Program-made: the position numbers and the translations under genes | Notes under the pieces: generated by a model | The model's database searches: none | The model's input: the letters and a program-made list of their open reading frames with translations, nothing else | What the model was told of the DNA's origin: nothing | NCBI GenBank assembly: GCA_963748015.1 | Contig: CAVVHE010000004.1 | Coordinates: 960,001-1,024,000, forward strand | Direction of reading: 5' to 3' | DNA from: Terriglobia bacterium | Lineage (GTDB): Bacteria; Acidobacteriota; Polarisedimenticolia; Polarisedimenticolales; JAIQFR01 | Length of the DNA stretch: 64,000 bases | Shown: in pieces, positions 19,139 to 29,042 of the stretch | Numbering within the stretch: position 1 is the first letter of the stretch | Layout: each line of letters starts with the position of its first letter

Positions 19139-19900
19139 ATGACGACCCACCCTTTCCAGAACTTCATGGTCCGGTACGGCGCGGGGGAGAGGATCTTCAC
19201 CGAGGGAGACCTCGCCACCACGATGTTCATCGTCCAGTCGGGCAAGGTCCGCCTGTTCCGGATGATCGGCGGGCAGAAGCGGGTTCACGGGACGATGGAG
19301 AAGGGGGACTTCTTCGGCGAGATGTCGATCCTCGAGGGGCTTCCGCGCACCGTCTCCGCGGAGGCGGTGGACGACGCGGAGCTCATCGAGATCAACAGCA
19401 TGACGTTCGACAAGATGATCAAGGGGAACATCGAGATCGCCATCCGCATGCTGCGGAAGCTCTCGATACGTCTCCGGGACGCCGAGCGCAGGATCGAGAG
19501 CCTCCAGAGCGCGGACGCCCATCCGGTCGCCGCCTCCCGCCCAGCCCCGCCCAGGCAGGTCGAGGCCACCGTGGGAGCTGGGAAAGGACCGCGCCTCGAA
19601 GTGGAAGGGGACGCGACCACGTTTTCCATCGCGGGAGCGGAGACCCTGATCGGACGCTACGACCCGGTCACCGAGCTGAAGCCCGACGTGGACCTCACGC
19701 AGGTCGACCTGAAGCGAAGCGTGTCGCGCCGCCACGCCCTCATCGTCAGGACCGCCGAGGGGTGGGTGGTCACGGAGGAAGTCGGCGCGCTGAACGGCAC
19801 CTTCGTCAACGGCACGAAGCTGGTGACGGGACGGCCCCACCCGCTCGCGGACGGCGACAAGGTGGGCCTCGGCATGGTCAAGCTCGTGTTCCGGGGGTGA
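19139..19900 (+). CDS. Cyclic-nucleotide-binding plus FHA domain protein
   Basis: cNMP cassette FFGEMSILEGLPRTVSA; FHA motifs IGR, VSRRHA and ALNGTFVNG. Confidence 0.88.
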   Translation: MTTHPFQNFMVRYGAGERIFTEGDLATTMFIVQSGKVRLFRMIGGQKRVHGTMEKGDFFGEMSILEGLPRTVSAEAVDDAELIEINSMTFDKMIKGNIEIAIRMLRKLSIRLRDAERRIESLQSADAHPVAASRPAPPRQVEATVGAGKGPRLEVEGDATTFSIAGAETLIGRYDPVTELKPDVDLTQVDLKRSVSRRHALIVRTAEGWVVTEEVGALNGTFVNGTKLVTGRPHPLADGDKVGLGMVKLVFRG

Positions 19901-19907
19901 GATCGCG

Positions 19908-20498
19908 ATGCGAAGGCGCACGGCCGCTCTCGTTCTCGGCGCCGCGCTGCTCTCCGCGGCAGGACCTCCCCTCCGATCCGGCGAGCGCCTCCCCTATACC
20001 CTCGCCCTGAGGATCCGTTTCGAGACCGCCTCGCCCTCGGCGAGCGTGGCGGACGAGGTGGCGTCGTCGGTGCTCGCGGAGCTGCGGGCGAAGGGCTGCT
20101 TCCGCGAGGTCCGCCTCGCGCCCCCGGAGGGCGCTCCCGAGGGGGACGTGCTGCTCGAGCTGGTCCTCTCCGAGATGCAGGAGGAGGTCCGGTACGAGCA
20201 GAGCGTTGCCGAGCGGGCGCAGCCTCTCGACCCCGGGACCGCCGCGCTGGCGTACGTGGCCACCCTCTCGTTCCAAACGAGTCTCGCCCTGGCCTCGCTG
20301 CCGGGAGGGGACGTCGCCCGGACGGGGGACTTCCACGTCAGCGTCGAGCGGCGCCCGCGCGCCGTGGGGGACGACGCGCGTGCCGGGGCGCGGATGGACG
20401 CCATGCGCGACCTCGCGCGCAAGACCCGCGCGACGCTGTGCAAGGGTTCGGCGTCGAAGCTCGCCGGCGAGATCGAGGCGGTCCGCCGCGCGCCGTGA
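19908..20498 (+). CDS. Hypothetical exported protein
   Basis: Basic-then-hydrophobic N-terminus; coding-like codon usage; fills the gap before trpS. Confidence 0.7.
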   Translation: MRRRTAALVLGAALLSAAGPPLRSGERLPYTLALRIRFETASPSASVADEVASSVLAELRAKGCFREVRLAPPEGAPEGDVLLELVLSEMQEEVRYEQSVAERAQPLDPGTAALAYVATLSFQTSLALASLPGGDVARTGDFHVSVERRPRAVGDDARAGARMDAMRDLARKTRATLCKGSASKLAGEIEAVRRAP

Positions 20499-20511
20499 CG
20501 CGCCGGGCGCG

Positions 20512-20540
20512 TTGACCGCCCCTGCGCGGCATGTTAGATT
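20512..20540 (+). promoter_or_regulatory. Sigma-70 promoter of trpS-scpA-scpB-rluB
   Basis: TTGACC-N17-TAGATT with a TG extension. Confidence 0.6.
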
Positions 20541-20610
20541 GCGCCGCCCGCTTCGCCGCGTGTACGAGCCGCTCCGGCACGGCACCCGGCCGGCGCTCCG
20601 GGAACTCACG

Positions 20611-21612
20611 ATGACCACCTTGCCGCGCCCGCGGATCCTCTCGGGCATGCGGCCGACCGGCCCCCTGCACATCGGCCACCTGGTCGGGGCGCTCGAGAAC
20701 TGGGTGCGCCTGCAGGCCACGCACGAGTGCTTCTTCGCGATCGTCGACTGGCACGCGCTGACCACCGACTATGCCGATCCCTCGCGGATCCGGGCCTACG
20801 TCCGGGAGATAGCCCTCGACTGGCTCGCGGCCGGCATCGACCCGGAGCGAAGCGACGTCTTCGTCCAGTCCGCGGTGAAGGAGCACGCCGAGCTCCACCT
20901 GCTTCTCTCGATGATCGTCCCCCTCGGCTGGCTCGAGCGGGTGCCGACCTACAAGGACCAGCAGGAGCAGCTCAGCGAGACCAGGGACCTGCACACCTAC
21001 GGGTTCCTCGGGTACCCGCTCCTGCAGGCGGCCGACATCCTCGCGTACAAGGCGGGCTTCGTGCCGGTCGGTGAGGATCAGGTACCGCACCTCGAGATGT
21101 GCCGCGAGATCGCCCGTCGGTTCAACCATCTCTACGGCGGGATCTTCCCCGAGCCCCAGGCGCTGCTCACCTCGACACCTCGCGTTCCGGGGCTCGACGG
21201 CCGGAAGATGAGCAAGTCCTTCGGGAACGCGGTGTTCCTCGGCGAGAATCCGGCCGACATCGACGAGAAGGTCCTGAGGCGCATGGTCACGGACCCCGCG
21301 AGGAAGCGCCGAAACGATCCCGGGAATCCGGACGTCTGCCCGGTGTTCGACCTCCACAACGTCTTCTCGTCGCCGGAAGAGAGATCCTGGGCCGGCGCGG
21401 GGTGCCGCAGCGCCGGAATCGGCTGCGTGGAGTGCAAGTCGATGCTCCTGGGCAACCTCCACGCGAAGCTCGCGCCGCTGCTCGCGCGGCGCGCGGAGCT
21501 CGAGAAGGACCCGGAGGCGGTGGACGCGATCCTGTCCCGGGGCGCCGCAAAGGCCCGGGAGGTCGCCGCCTCGACCCTGGCCGAGGTCCGCTCGGCCATC
21601 GGCCTGGGCTGA
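20611..21612 (+). CDS. trpS: Tryptophan--tRNA ligase
   Basis: SGMRPTGPLHIGH, YPLLQAADIL, VPVGEDQ and KMSKS motifs. Confidence 0.97.
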   Translation: MTTLPRPRILSGMRPTGPLHIGHLVGALENWVRLQATHECFFAIVDWHALTTDYADPSRIRAYVREIALDWLAAGIDPERSDVFVQSAVKEHAELHLLLSMIVPLGWLERVPTYKDQQEQLSETRDLHTYGFLGYPLLQAADILAYKAGFVPVGEDQVPHLEMCREIARRFNHLYGGIFPEPQALLTSTPRVPGLDGRKMSKSFGNAVFLGENPADIDEKVLRRMVTDPARKRRNDPGNPDVCPVFDLHNVFSSPEERSWAGAGCRSAGIGCVECKSMLLGNLHAKLAPLLARRAELEKDPEAVDAILSRGAAKAREVAASTLAEVRSAIGLG

Positions 21613-22438
21613 TGGGCGAGAGCCGCGAGGCCGCGCCGGCGGCGCCGGGCGCCGGCATCGGCGACGAGTCGGTCCGGGTGAAGGTCGGAGGGTTCGAGGG
21701 GCCGCTCGACCTGCTCCTCCACCTCGTGCGCATCAACGAGGTGGACATCAAGGACATCCCGATCGTCGAGATCACCGCGCAGTACAACGCCTACCTCGAC
21801 CTCATGCGGCAGCTCGACCTGGAGGTCGCCGGCGAGTACCTCGTCATGGCGGCGACCCTCATGCACATCAAGTCCAAGATGCTCCTCCCCGTCGAGCCGC
21901 TCCCCGAGGGAGAGGAGCCCGAGGATCCTCGAGCCGAGCTCACGCAGCAGCTCCTCGAGTACCAGAGATTCAGGCAGGCGGCCGAGAACCTGCAGGCGAT
22001 CGACAGCATCAGGAGCCTCATCTGGACCCGCGAGGGCCCGCCCCGCCGGAATTCGCCGGGGAAGAGATGGTGGTCGCGGACCTCTACGACCTGATCTCGG
22101 CGTTCCGGAAGCTCCTCGGGCGGATGGGCGACGAGGCGAGGCTCAGGCTGAGGTCGGACGACGTGTCGGTCGCGGACAAGATCGGCTGGCTCACCGACCT
22201 TCTCGAGGCCTCGGGATCGCTCAACCTCCTGGTCGTCCTCACGGAGGTCCCGGACCGGATCCACCGGATCGCGACGTTCCTCGCGGTCCTCGAGATGATC
22301 CGGCTCCGCCTGATCGTCGCGCTGCAGCGCGCCCACCTCGGCGAGATCTGGATCGCGCGCCGCGAGGACGTCGGTCCGGCCGGTCCGTCGGAGGAGACGA
22401 ACGGCGCCGCGCCTGCGGCGCGGGAGGACGAAGCGTGA
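21612..22438 (+). CDS. scpA: Segregation and condensation protein A (kleisin); 1-nt frameshift at about 22041-22044
   Basis: FEGPLDLLLHL and EYLVMAATL..IKSKMLLP in the first frame; ATFLAVLEMIR in the second frame. Adding one C restores a 275-aa ORF. Confidence 0.9.
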
Positions 22439-23181
22439 GCGACGGTACGAACGGGCTGCCGCCGGATGATTCGCTCGTCGCGGCCGTCGAGGCGGTGCTG
22501 TTCGCCGCCGGAGAGCCGGTGCACCCGCGGGAAATCGCCGCGGCGTTCGAGGGGGAGAGCGAGGAGCGGATCGCGGAGGCGATCGACGCCCTCGAGCGGC
22601 GCCACGCGGAAAGCGCATCCGGGCTGCAGGTGGAGCGCGTCGCCGGCGCGTTCCGGCTGGCGACGCGGCAGGACGTGGGCGCCTGGGTACGCCGCTTCTT
22701 CCGCCAGCGCAACCGGACGCGCCTGTCGCCGGCGGCGCTCGAGACGCTCGCGATCGTCGCGTACCGCCAGCCCGTGACGGCGCCCGAGATCCAGGCGATC
22801 CGCGGGGTGGATCCGGTCGCCGCGCTCAAGAGCCTCCTCGACAAGAAGATGCTGCGCATCCTGGGGCGGAAGAAGGTCGTCGGGAATCCGCTCCTGTACG
22901 GCACGTCGCGGCAGTTCCTCGTTCACTTCGGCCTGAACTCCCTCGAGGACCTGCCGTCGATCGAGGATTTCGAGCAGTTCCTCGGCGCCCTCGACGGGAT
23001 GCCCGCGCCGCTGTTCGGGGCGGGGGAGGGGCGCGTCGAAACCGACGACGGGGAACCCGGGATCGCGGACGATGGCCAGGAGCCGCTCGTCGAGCCGGCG
23101 AGGTCCGCCGACGCCGCGGACGACGTCGCGCCGGACGACCCGTTCGGCGCCGAAGAGGCCGACCGCCGCGGAGACGCCTGA
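22435..23181 (+). CDS. scpB: Segregation and condensation protein B
   Basis: EAVLFAAGEP, LSPAALETLAIVAYRQPVT, IRGV and LYGTS..FL.HFGL..LEDLP motifs. Confidence 0.96.
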   Translation: MSDGTNGLPPDDSLVAAVEAVLFAAGEPVHPREIAAAFEGESEERIAEAIDALERRHAESASGLQVERVAGAFRLATRQDVGAWVRRFFRQRNRTRLSPAALETLAIVAYRQPVTAPEIQAIRGVDPVAALKSLLDKKMLRILGRKKVVGNPLLYGTSRQFLVHFGLNSLEDLPSIEDFEQFLGALDGMPAPLFGAGEGRVETDDGEPGIADDGQEPLVEPARSADAADDVAPDDPFGAEEADRRGDA

Positions 23182-23933
23182 TGGAGCGTCTTCAGAAAGT
23201 CCTCGCCCGCGCGGGGATCGCGTCCCGCCGGGCCTCCGAGCGCCTGATCCTGGACGGCCGGGTCATGGTCAACGGCGCGACCGTCACCCGCCTCGGCACC
23301 TCGGTGGACCCCTCGCACGACGTGGTCAAGGTGGACGGCAAGCGCATTCCGGCGCCCGCTCCCGCCCGCGGCGTCCTGATGCTCAACAAGCCGAGAGGCT
23401 ACGTGACCACCGCCCGCGACCCCGAGGGCCGGCCCACCGTGATGGACCTGTTGAGCGGAATCGGCCACCGGGTGTTCCCGGTGGGGCGGCTGGACTTCGC
23501 CAGCGAAGGGCTGCTCCTCCTGACCGACGACGGGGACCTCGCGCGCGATCTCATGCGCCCTGCGAGCGGCGTCCCGAAGACCTACCTGGCGAAGGTGAGG
23601 GGCGTGCCGGCTCGCGAAGACCTGGCGCGGATGTGCCGCGGGGTGGTGCTCGAGGGAAGGCGCACGCTGCCCGCGCGCGCACGCGTCGCGCGCCCCGGCC
23701 CGAACGCGTGGGTCGAGGTCACGGTCGTCGAGGGACGCAAGCACCAGGTGCGCAAGATGCTCGAGGCCATCGGCCATCCCGTGCAGCGCCTTCGCCGGGT
23801 CCGCTACGCGGACATCGAGCTGGGCGACCTCGCCTCGGGACGCTTCCGGTGGCTCTCCTCCGAGGAGGTGGCCCGCCTCCGCCGCGCCGCGCAGCCTCCT
23901 CGCCGGCCCGGGGGAGACCGGAAATCCGCTTAA
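23181..23933 (+). CDS. rluB: rRNA pseudouridine synthase (RluB/RsuA family)
   Basis: S4 domain RLQKVLARAGIASRR, NKPRG, catalytic VGRLD and EGRKHQVR. Confidence 0.88.
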   Translation: MERLQKVLARAGIASRRASERLILDGRVMVNGATVTRLGTSVDPSHDVVKVDGKRIPAPAPARGVLMLNKPRGYVTTARDPEGRPTVMDLLSGIGHRVFPVGRLDFASEGLLLLTDDGDLARDLMRPASGVPKTYLAKVRGVPAREDLARMCRGVVLEGRRTLPARARVARPGPNAWVEVTVVEGRKHQVRKMLEAIGHPVQRLRRVRYADIELGDLASGRFRWLSSEEVARLRRAAQPPRRPGGDRKSA

Positions 23934-23955
23934 TCCCCTGAAAACGCGACGGTTC

Positions 23956-23984
23956 TTGACACGGGGCGCCCGCTTCTCTAGGAT
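23956..23984 (+). promoter_or_regulatory. Sigma-70 promoter of rpsA
   Basis: TTGACA-N17-TAGGAT. Confidence 0.7.
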
Positions 23985-24101
23985 GGTGGCTTTGTCGGCG
24001 CGCTTGGCGCGACCGGCAGCCCGGTCCACGCGACCCGGCAACACAGCGGACTCTCGCGACGGCATGCGCGAGAGCCCCTCCAGGAGGTAGGAACGCAGAC
24101 C

Positions 24102-25946
24102 ATGGACACCCATCCGCAACCGCCCGAGGTGAACAGCGACGCCACCGCCACCAAGGCGTCGGACGACAGCACGATCCCCGCCGGACTCGAGACGAGCGAG
24201 TCCGAGAACGCGGGGGCAGCCGAGCCCGCGGAGGACGGCGAGGACTTCGGCCAGGCCTTGAAGCAGTGGGAAACCGACCTCAAGCCCCTCAAGGAAGGAG
24301 AGGTCGTCCAGGGCCGCGTGATCAAGATCCTCGACAAGGAAGTCATCGTGGACGTCGGCTACAAGTCCGAGGGCGTGATCGACATCGACGAGGTGCGCGC
24401 GCCGGACGGAAGCCTCACGGTGAAGGAGGGCGACCGCATCGAGGTTCTCCTGGAGAAGACGGAGAACAACGACGGGTACGTGGTCCTCTCGCGCGAGAAG
24501 GCCGAGAAGATGAAGATATGGGACGAGGTCGAGCGGGCCTTCGAGACCGGCGAGCCGGTTCTCGGGCGGGTCGTGGACCGGATCAAGGGCGGGCTGAAGG
24601 TGGACATCGGCGTCCCGGCCTTCCTTCCGGGCTCCCTCGTGGACGTGCGCCCCGTGCGGAACCTCGACGCCCTCAAGGGGCAGCAGTACCGCATGCGCGT
24701 GATCAAGGTGAACAAGCGGCGCGGCAACATCGTCCTCTCCCGGAAGGCGGTTCTCGAAGAAGAGAACGCCGAGAAGAAGAAGAAGACGCTCGCCGATCTC
24801 GAGGAGGGGAAGGTCCTCCGCGGCGTCGTCAAGAACCTCACCGAGTACGGCGCGTTCATCGACCTCGGGGGGATCGACGGCCTGCTGCACATCACCGACA
24901 TGGCGTGGGGGCGGATCAGCCATCCCTCCGAGAAGTTCCAGATCGGGGACGAGGTGGACGTGATCGTGCTCAAGTTCGACCGCGAGCGCGAGCGGGTCTC
25001 CCTCGGATTCAAGCAGCTCCAGGAAGACCCCTGGGAGAGCGCGGCCACCAAGTACCCGCCGCACACACGGATTCGCGGCAAGGTCGTCAGCCTGACCGAC
25101 TACGGCGCCTTCGTCGAGGTCGAGGAAGGGGTCGAGGGGCTCATCCACGTGTCCGAGATGTCGTGGACCAAGCGGGTGAAGCACCCTTCCAAGATCCTCT
25201 CGGTGAGCGACTGGGTCGAGTGCGTGGTCCTCGAGATCGACCAGGAAGGGCGGCGCCTCTCGCTCGGCCTGAAGCAGACCGAGCCGAACCCGTGGGACAT
25301 GATCGACACGAAGTACCGCGTCGGCGACATGATTCGCGGGAAGGTGCGGAACATCACCGACTTCGGCGTGTTCGTCGAGGTCGAGGAAGGGATCGACGGC
25401 CTCGTGCACATCTCGGACCTCTCCTGGACCCGGCGCGTGAAGCACCCGAGCGAGGTGTTCAAGAAGGGAGACGACGTCGAGGCGGTCATCCTGAAGATCG
25501 ACTCCGAGAATCAGCGACTCTCCCTGGGCGTCAAGCAGCTCCAGCCCAACGTCATCGAGGACTTCTTCCGAAGCCACGGCGTGGGGGACACCCTCAACGG
25601 CCGCATCGTCCGCTTGACCGAGTTCGGAGCCTTCGTCGAGCTGTTCGAGGGAATCGAGGGGCTGGTCCACATCTCCGAGATGGCCAAGGAGCGGATCGAG
25701 AAGCCCGAGGACCTCTTCGCGGTGGACCAGAGGGTCCGCGTGAAGATCATCAAGGTCGACCCCGTCGAGAAGAAGATCGGCCTCTCCATCAAGGCGGCCC
25801 TCGACGAGCCCGAAGAGGCGACGGTGGAGTCCTACAGGGGCGGACAGGAAGGGGACGGAAGCGCGACGCTCGGCGACATCATGAGGCAAGGCCTCCTGTC
25901 GTCGGGTGCGGACAGCTCCGCCGAGAAGCCGGCCGAGGAGGAGTGA
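24102..25946 (+). CDS. rpsA: 30S ribosomal protein S1
   Basis: Six S1 repeats (VDVGYKSEG, AFLPGS, YGAFIDLGGIDGLLHITDM, GLIHVSEMSW and others). Confidence 0.98.
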   Translation: MDTHPQPPEVNSDATATKASDDSTIPAGLETSESENAGAAEPAEDGEDFGQALKQWETDLKPLKEGEVVQGRVIKILDKEVIVDVGYKSEGVIDIDEVRAPDGSLTVKEGDRIEVLLEKTENNDGYVVLSREKAEKMKIWDEVERAFETGEPVLGRVVDRIKGGLKVDIGVPAFLPGSLVDVRPVRNLDALKGQQYRMRVIKVNKRRGNIVLSRKAVLEEENAEKKKKTLADLEEGKVLRGVVKNLTEYGAFIDLGGIDGLLHITDMAWGRISHPSEKFQIGDEVDVIVLKFDRERERVSLGFKQLQEDPWESAATKYPPHTRIRGKVVSLTDYGAFVEVEEGVEGLIHVSEMSWTKRVKHPSKILSVSDWVECVVLEIDQEGRRLSLGLKQTEPNPWDMIDTKYRVGDMIRGKVRNITDFGVFVEVEEGIDGLVHISDLSWTRRVKHPSEVFKKGDDVEAVILKIDSENQRLSLGVKQLQPNVIEDFFRSHGVGDTLNGRIVRLTEFGAFVELFEGIEGLVHISEMAKERIEKPEDLFAVDQRVRVKIIKVDPVEKKIGLSIKAALDEPEEATVESYRGGQEGDGSATLGDIMRQGLLSSGADSSAEKPAEEE

Positions 25947-26008
25947 GGCGCGACGATGGGGGGGGCGCCGGAGCGACCTCTGGCCACCCGCCGGGCGGAG
26001 GGGAATCG

Positions 26009-26350
26009 ATGACCAAGGCCGACCTGGTGGACGAAGTGATCAGGGTCTCGAGCCTCAGCAAGAAACAGGCGGAAATCATCGTCAACACGGTCTTCGACTC
26101 GATCGTCGAGGCCCTGACCCACGACGACAAGATCGAGCTTCGCGGGTTCGGCAGCTTCAGGGTGCGACGCCGCCGGTCGCGCCAGGGAAGGAACCCGAAG
26201 ACGGGCGACCGCGTGGCCGTGCCCGCGAAGCGCATCCCCTACTTCAAGCCGGGGAAAGAGCTGAAGGACCTGATCAACGGCGGTCCCGAGGCTGGGCCGC
26301 GGGAAGTCGCCGTGGGCGGGCCGTCCGGAGAGCCGCCGCAGCGGCCCTGA
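26009..26350 (+). CDS. ihfB: Integration host factor subunit beta
   Basis: MTKADLV, KIELRGFGSF, GRNPKTG and PYFKPGKELK motifs; rpsA-ihfB synteny. Confidence 0.88.
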   Translation: MTKADLVDEVIRVSSLSKKQAEIIVNTVFDSIVEALTHDDKIELRGFGSFRVRRRRSRQGRNPKTGDRVAVPAKRIPYFKPGKELKDLINGGPEAGPREVAVGGPSGEPPQRP

Positions 26351-26390
26351 TCGCGGCGAGGGACACCGCGGCGAAGCGGGGAGGGCGTCC

Positions 26391-26873
26391 GTGGATCACC
26401 TCTTCTCTCCCTGGCGCTACGCCTACGTCACGAGCCCCAAAACCGACGACGGGTGCGCGCTTTGCCGGATCGGCTCGGCCGATCCTTCGAGCGACGAGAG
26501 CGCGTTCGTCGTCGCGCGCGGGCGCCACCACTTCGTCGTGCTCAACATCTACCCGTACAACACGGGTCACCTGATGATCGTGCCGTACCGACACGTCCCG
26601 AGGCTCGCGGATCTCGGCGACGAGATCCTCACCGAGATGGCCCTGACCGCCGCTCGCGCCGAGGCGGCGCTCTCGGAGGTCTACCGGCCCGAGGGCATCA
26701 ACCTCGGCATGAACCTCGGAAAGTGCGCGGGCGCGGGAATAGCCGACCATCTCCACCTCCACGTGGTGCCCCGCTGGGCGGCCGACACGAACTTCATCAC
26801 GGTCGCCGGCGAGACGCGCGTCCTGCCCGAGGATCTCCTCGAGACCTGGCGCCGCCTCCGCGGGCGGATCTGA
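26391..26873 (+). CDS. HIT-family nucleotide hydrolase
   Basis: LNIYPYNTGHLMIVP, GINLGMNLG..AGAG and HLHLHVVPRW histidine triad. Confidence 0.93.
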   Translation: MDHLFSPWRYAYVTSPKTDDGCALCRIGSADPSSDESAFVVARGRHHFVVLNIYPYNTGHLMIVPYRHVPRLADLGDEILTEMALTAARAEAALSEVYRPEGINLGMNLGKCAGAGIADHLHLHVVPRWAADTNFITVAGETRVLPEDLLETWRRLRGRI

Positions 26874-26895
26874 CTCCCGGCACGGCGGATCGATC

Positions 26896-28272
26896 ATGAG
26901 CAGGAGTCCCGGGACCACCCCGCCCAATCCTCGCGGCAGCGCGCGCTACCACATCGAGACGTGGGGCTGCCAGATGAACGTCCACGACTCCGAGAAGCTC
27001 GCCGGGCTGCTCGAGTCGGAAGGGTACGGCCGCGCGGAGGGGATCCACGACGCCGACGTCGTCCTACTCAACACCTGTTCGGTGAGGGAAAAGGCAGCGG
27101 AGAAGTTCTTCTCCGAGCTCGGCCGGCTCAAGCCCTGGAAGCGTGGCCGCCCCGACGCCGTCCTCGGCGTCTGCGGCTGCGTGGGCCAGGAGCAGGGAGC
27201 TGCGCTTCTCGAGCGCGCGCCCCACGTCGACTTCGTTCTGGGTCCTCGCGCCGCGCCGGGCTCGCTCGCCGAGCTGCTGAGAAGGCTCCTCGCCGGCGAC
27301 GCGTCGGCGCGGCACACGGTGGACATCGAGTACCGCGACGATTCCATCCGCTTCCCGTTCGACCGGATCCTGAGGGAAGGGGAGGGAAGCGGCAAGGCCT
27401 ACGTGACCGTCGTCGAGGGGTGCAATCATCGCTGCTCCTTCTGCATCGTCCCGACGACCCGCGGGCGCGAGGTTTGCCGCGACCTCGACGACGTTCTCGC
27501 CGAGGTCCGCAGCCTCGCGGCGCGGGGGATCCTCGAGGTGGAGTTCCTCGGGCAGACCGTGAACGCCTACCGGGACGGCGCGGGACGAACCCTCGCCGAC
27601 CTCCTGCCCCGGGCGGCCGCGGTGGACGGGATCCGTCGGATCCGTTTCACCACCTCGCACCCGGCGCAGATGACCGATGGGCTCGTGGACGCGATGTCGG
27701 CGGCGCGACCCAAGCTCTGCCCCTACCTCCACCTCCCGTTCCAGTCCGGCTCCTCGGCCGTCCTCCGTGCGATGAAGCGCGGATACGATCGCGAGGGGTA
27801 CCTGGACCGGATCGGGAAGATCCGCGCGCGCATTCCCGAGATGACCTTCGGCACCGACGTCATCGTCGGGTTCCCGGGGGAGGGGGAGGAGGAGTTCCGC
27901 GAGACGCTCGATCTCGTCGAGACGGTCGGGTTCGAGACCGTCTACTCCTTCGCCTATTCCCCCCGCCCGGGCACGGCGGCATTGGCCCTCGGCGACCCGG
28001 TTCCCAAGGCCGTCAAGCTCGAACGGCTGGCGCGCCTGCAGGCGATGCAGAAGCGGATCCAGGAGACCAGGAACGCGGCGTGGATCGGGCGCGTCGTCGA
28101 GGTGCTCGTGGAGGGTCCGGGCGCCCGGAACCCGTCGACCTGGAGCGGCCGAACCCCGGAGAGCCGCGTCGTGAACTTCTCCGGAGCCGCGGCCCCCGGC
28201 CGGATCGTGGCCGTCGAGGTGACGCGCGCCTCCGCCTACGCCTTCTACGGCAGGGCGGTGACCTCGGCTTGA
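26896..28272 (+). CDS. miaB: tRNA-2-methylthio-N6-dimethylallyladenosine synthase
   Basis: TWGCQMNVHDSE, NTCSVRE, radical-SAM EGCNHRCSFC, RFTTSHP and a TRAM domain. Confidence 0.95.
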   Translation: MSRSPGTTPPNPRGSARYHIETWGCQMNVHDSEKLAGLLESEGYGRAEGIHDADVVLLNTCSVREKAAEKFFSELGRLKPWKRGRPDAVLGVCGCVGQEQGAALLERAPHVDFVLGPRAAPGSLAELLRRLLAGDASARHTVDIEYRDDSIRFPFDRILREGEGSGKAYVTVVEGCNHRCSFCIVPTTRGREVCRDLDDVLAEVRSLAARGILEVEFLGQTVNAYRDGAGRTLADLLPRAAAVDGIRRIRFTTSHPAQMTDGLVDAMSAARPKLCPYLHLPFQSGSSAVLRAMKRGYDREGYLDRIGKIRARIPEMTFGTDVIVGFPGEGEEEFRETLDLVETVGFETVYSFAYSPRPGTAALALGDPVPKAVKLERLARLQAMQKRIQETRNAAWIGRVVEVLVEGPGARNPSTWSGRTPESRVVNFSGAAAPGRIVAVEVTRASAYAFYGRAVTSA

Positions 28273-28298
28273 CCCGGGTCGAACCCGGCGTGTATATT
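28269..28298 (+). promoter_or_regulatory. Sigma-70 promoter candidate overlapping the miaB stop
   Basis: TTGACC-N18-TATATT. Confidence 0.45.
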
Positions 28299-28381
28299 CC
28301 CGACGCCACGGGGCTTCCGGTCATCGGTGTAGAAGTTGCGGGCTCCGCGCGGGGCGACCTCGGCACACAGGGGAGGGAGCG

Positions 28382-28867
28382 ATGCCGGTCGAGATGAAGA
28401 TCAAGGGGCTGATGATCGACCCGGTTTCGAACATGCCGATCATCATCCTCCGCCAGGTCGGCTCCGAGATGGTCCTTCCGATCTGGGTCGGGATCTTCGA
28501 AGCCAACGCCATCGCCATGCAGATCGAGAAAATCCAGTCCCCGCGCCCGATGACTCACGACCTTCTCTGCAACGTCATCACCGACCTGCGTGCGAAGGTG
28601 GAGAAGGTCGTCATCACCGACCTCAAGGACAACACGTTCTTCGCCACGATCCATCTCGTCCGCGATGCCGAGAAGCTCGCCGTGGACGCGCGCCCGAGCG
28701 ACGCCATGGCCCTCGCCCTCCGGTTGAACGCCCCGATCCTCGTCGAGGAGTCGGTGCTCGAGCGATCCTCGGTGACCGGCGAGGACCGAGACATCGACGA
28801 GACCGAGCGGCTCCGCAGGTGGCTGGAGCAGGTCGACCCCGAGGAGCTCGGCAAGTACGAGATGTAG
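28382..28867 (+). CDS. Bifunctional nuclease family protein (DUF151)
   Basis: LPIWVGIFEANAIA, PRPMTHDL and DARPSDAMALALR motifs. Confidence 0.93.
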   Translation: MPVEMKIKGLMIDPVSNMPIIILRQVGSEMVLPIWVGIFEANAIAMQIEKIQSPRPMTHDLLCNVITDLRAKVEKVVITDLKDNTFFATIHLVRDAEKLAVDARPSDAMALALRLNAPILVEESVLERSSVTGEDRDIDETERLRRWLEQVDPEELGKYEM

Positions 28868-28937
28868 GCCCGGGGGACACGCCGTCGCGGCCCCGAGTTC
28901 CGCTTGCCCGTCCATGTCTCTCCCTCACCGGCAGAAT

Positions 28938-28955
28938 GCCGACAATTGTGTCGGC
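28938..28955. promoter_or_regulatory. Palindrome GCCGACA-N4-TGTCGGC upstream of the parA promoter (candidate ParB/ParA binding site)
   Basis: GCCGACA ATTG TGTCGGC; the same half-sites recur at 30455 and 33095. Confidence 0.55.
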
Positions 28956-28995
28956 GCATCGACGCGAAACGTCTCCAAAGCCCTGCAAACGCTAC

Positions 28996-29024
28996 TTGAC
29001 AAGGTGCGGGCCTGTCGGTAAACT
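28996..29024 (+). promoter_or_regulatory. Sigma-70 promoter of parAB
   Basis: TTGACA-N17-TAAACT. Confidence 0.75.
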
Positions 29025-29042
29025 CTCGCTTCCAGGACGTCA

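Noticed and set aside
16183..20010. 1275-aa ORF as a single giant MglA fusion
   Set aside because: Beyond about 17380 the translation is Arg/Gly-rich off-frame text overlapping clearly real genes in other frames. Stop codons are simply rare at this GC content.
20541..20610. T-box or attenuator leaders for trpS (and valS)
   Set aside because: The leaders are too short and lack the T-box consensus or Trp-codon leader peptides.
25958..25965. G8 tract between rpsA and ihfB as a phase-variation switch
   Set aside because: Intergenic, short, not within an evident promoter, and expected by chance at this GC content.
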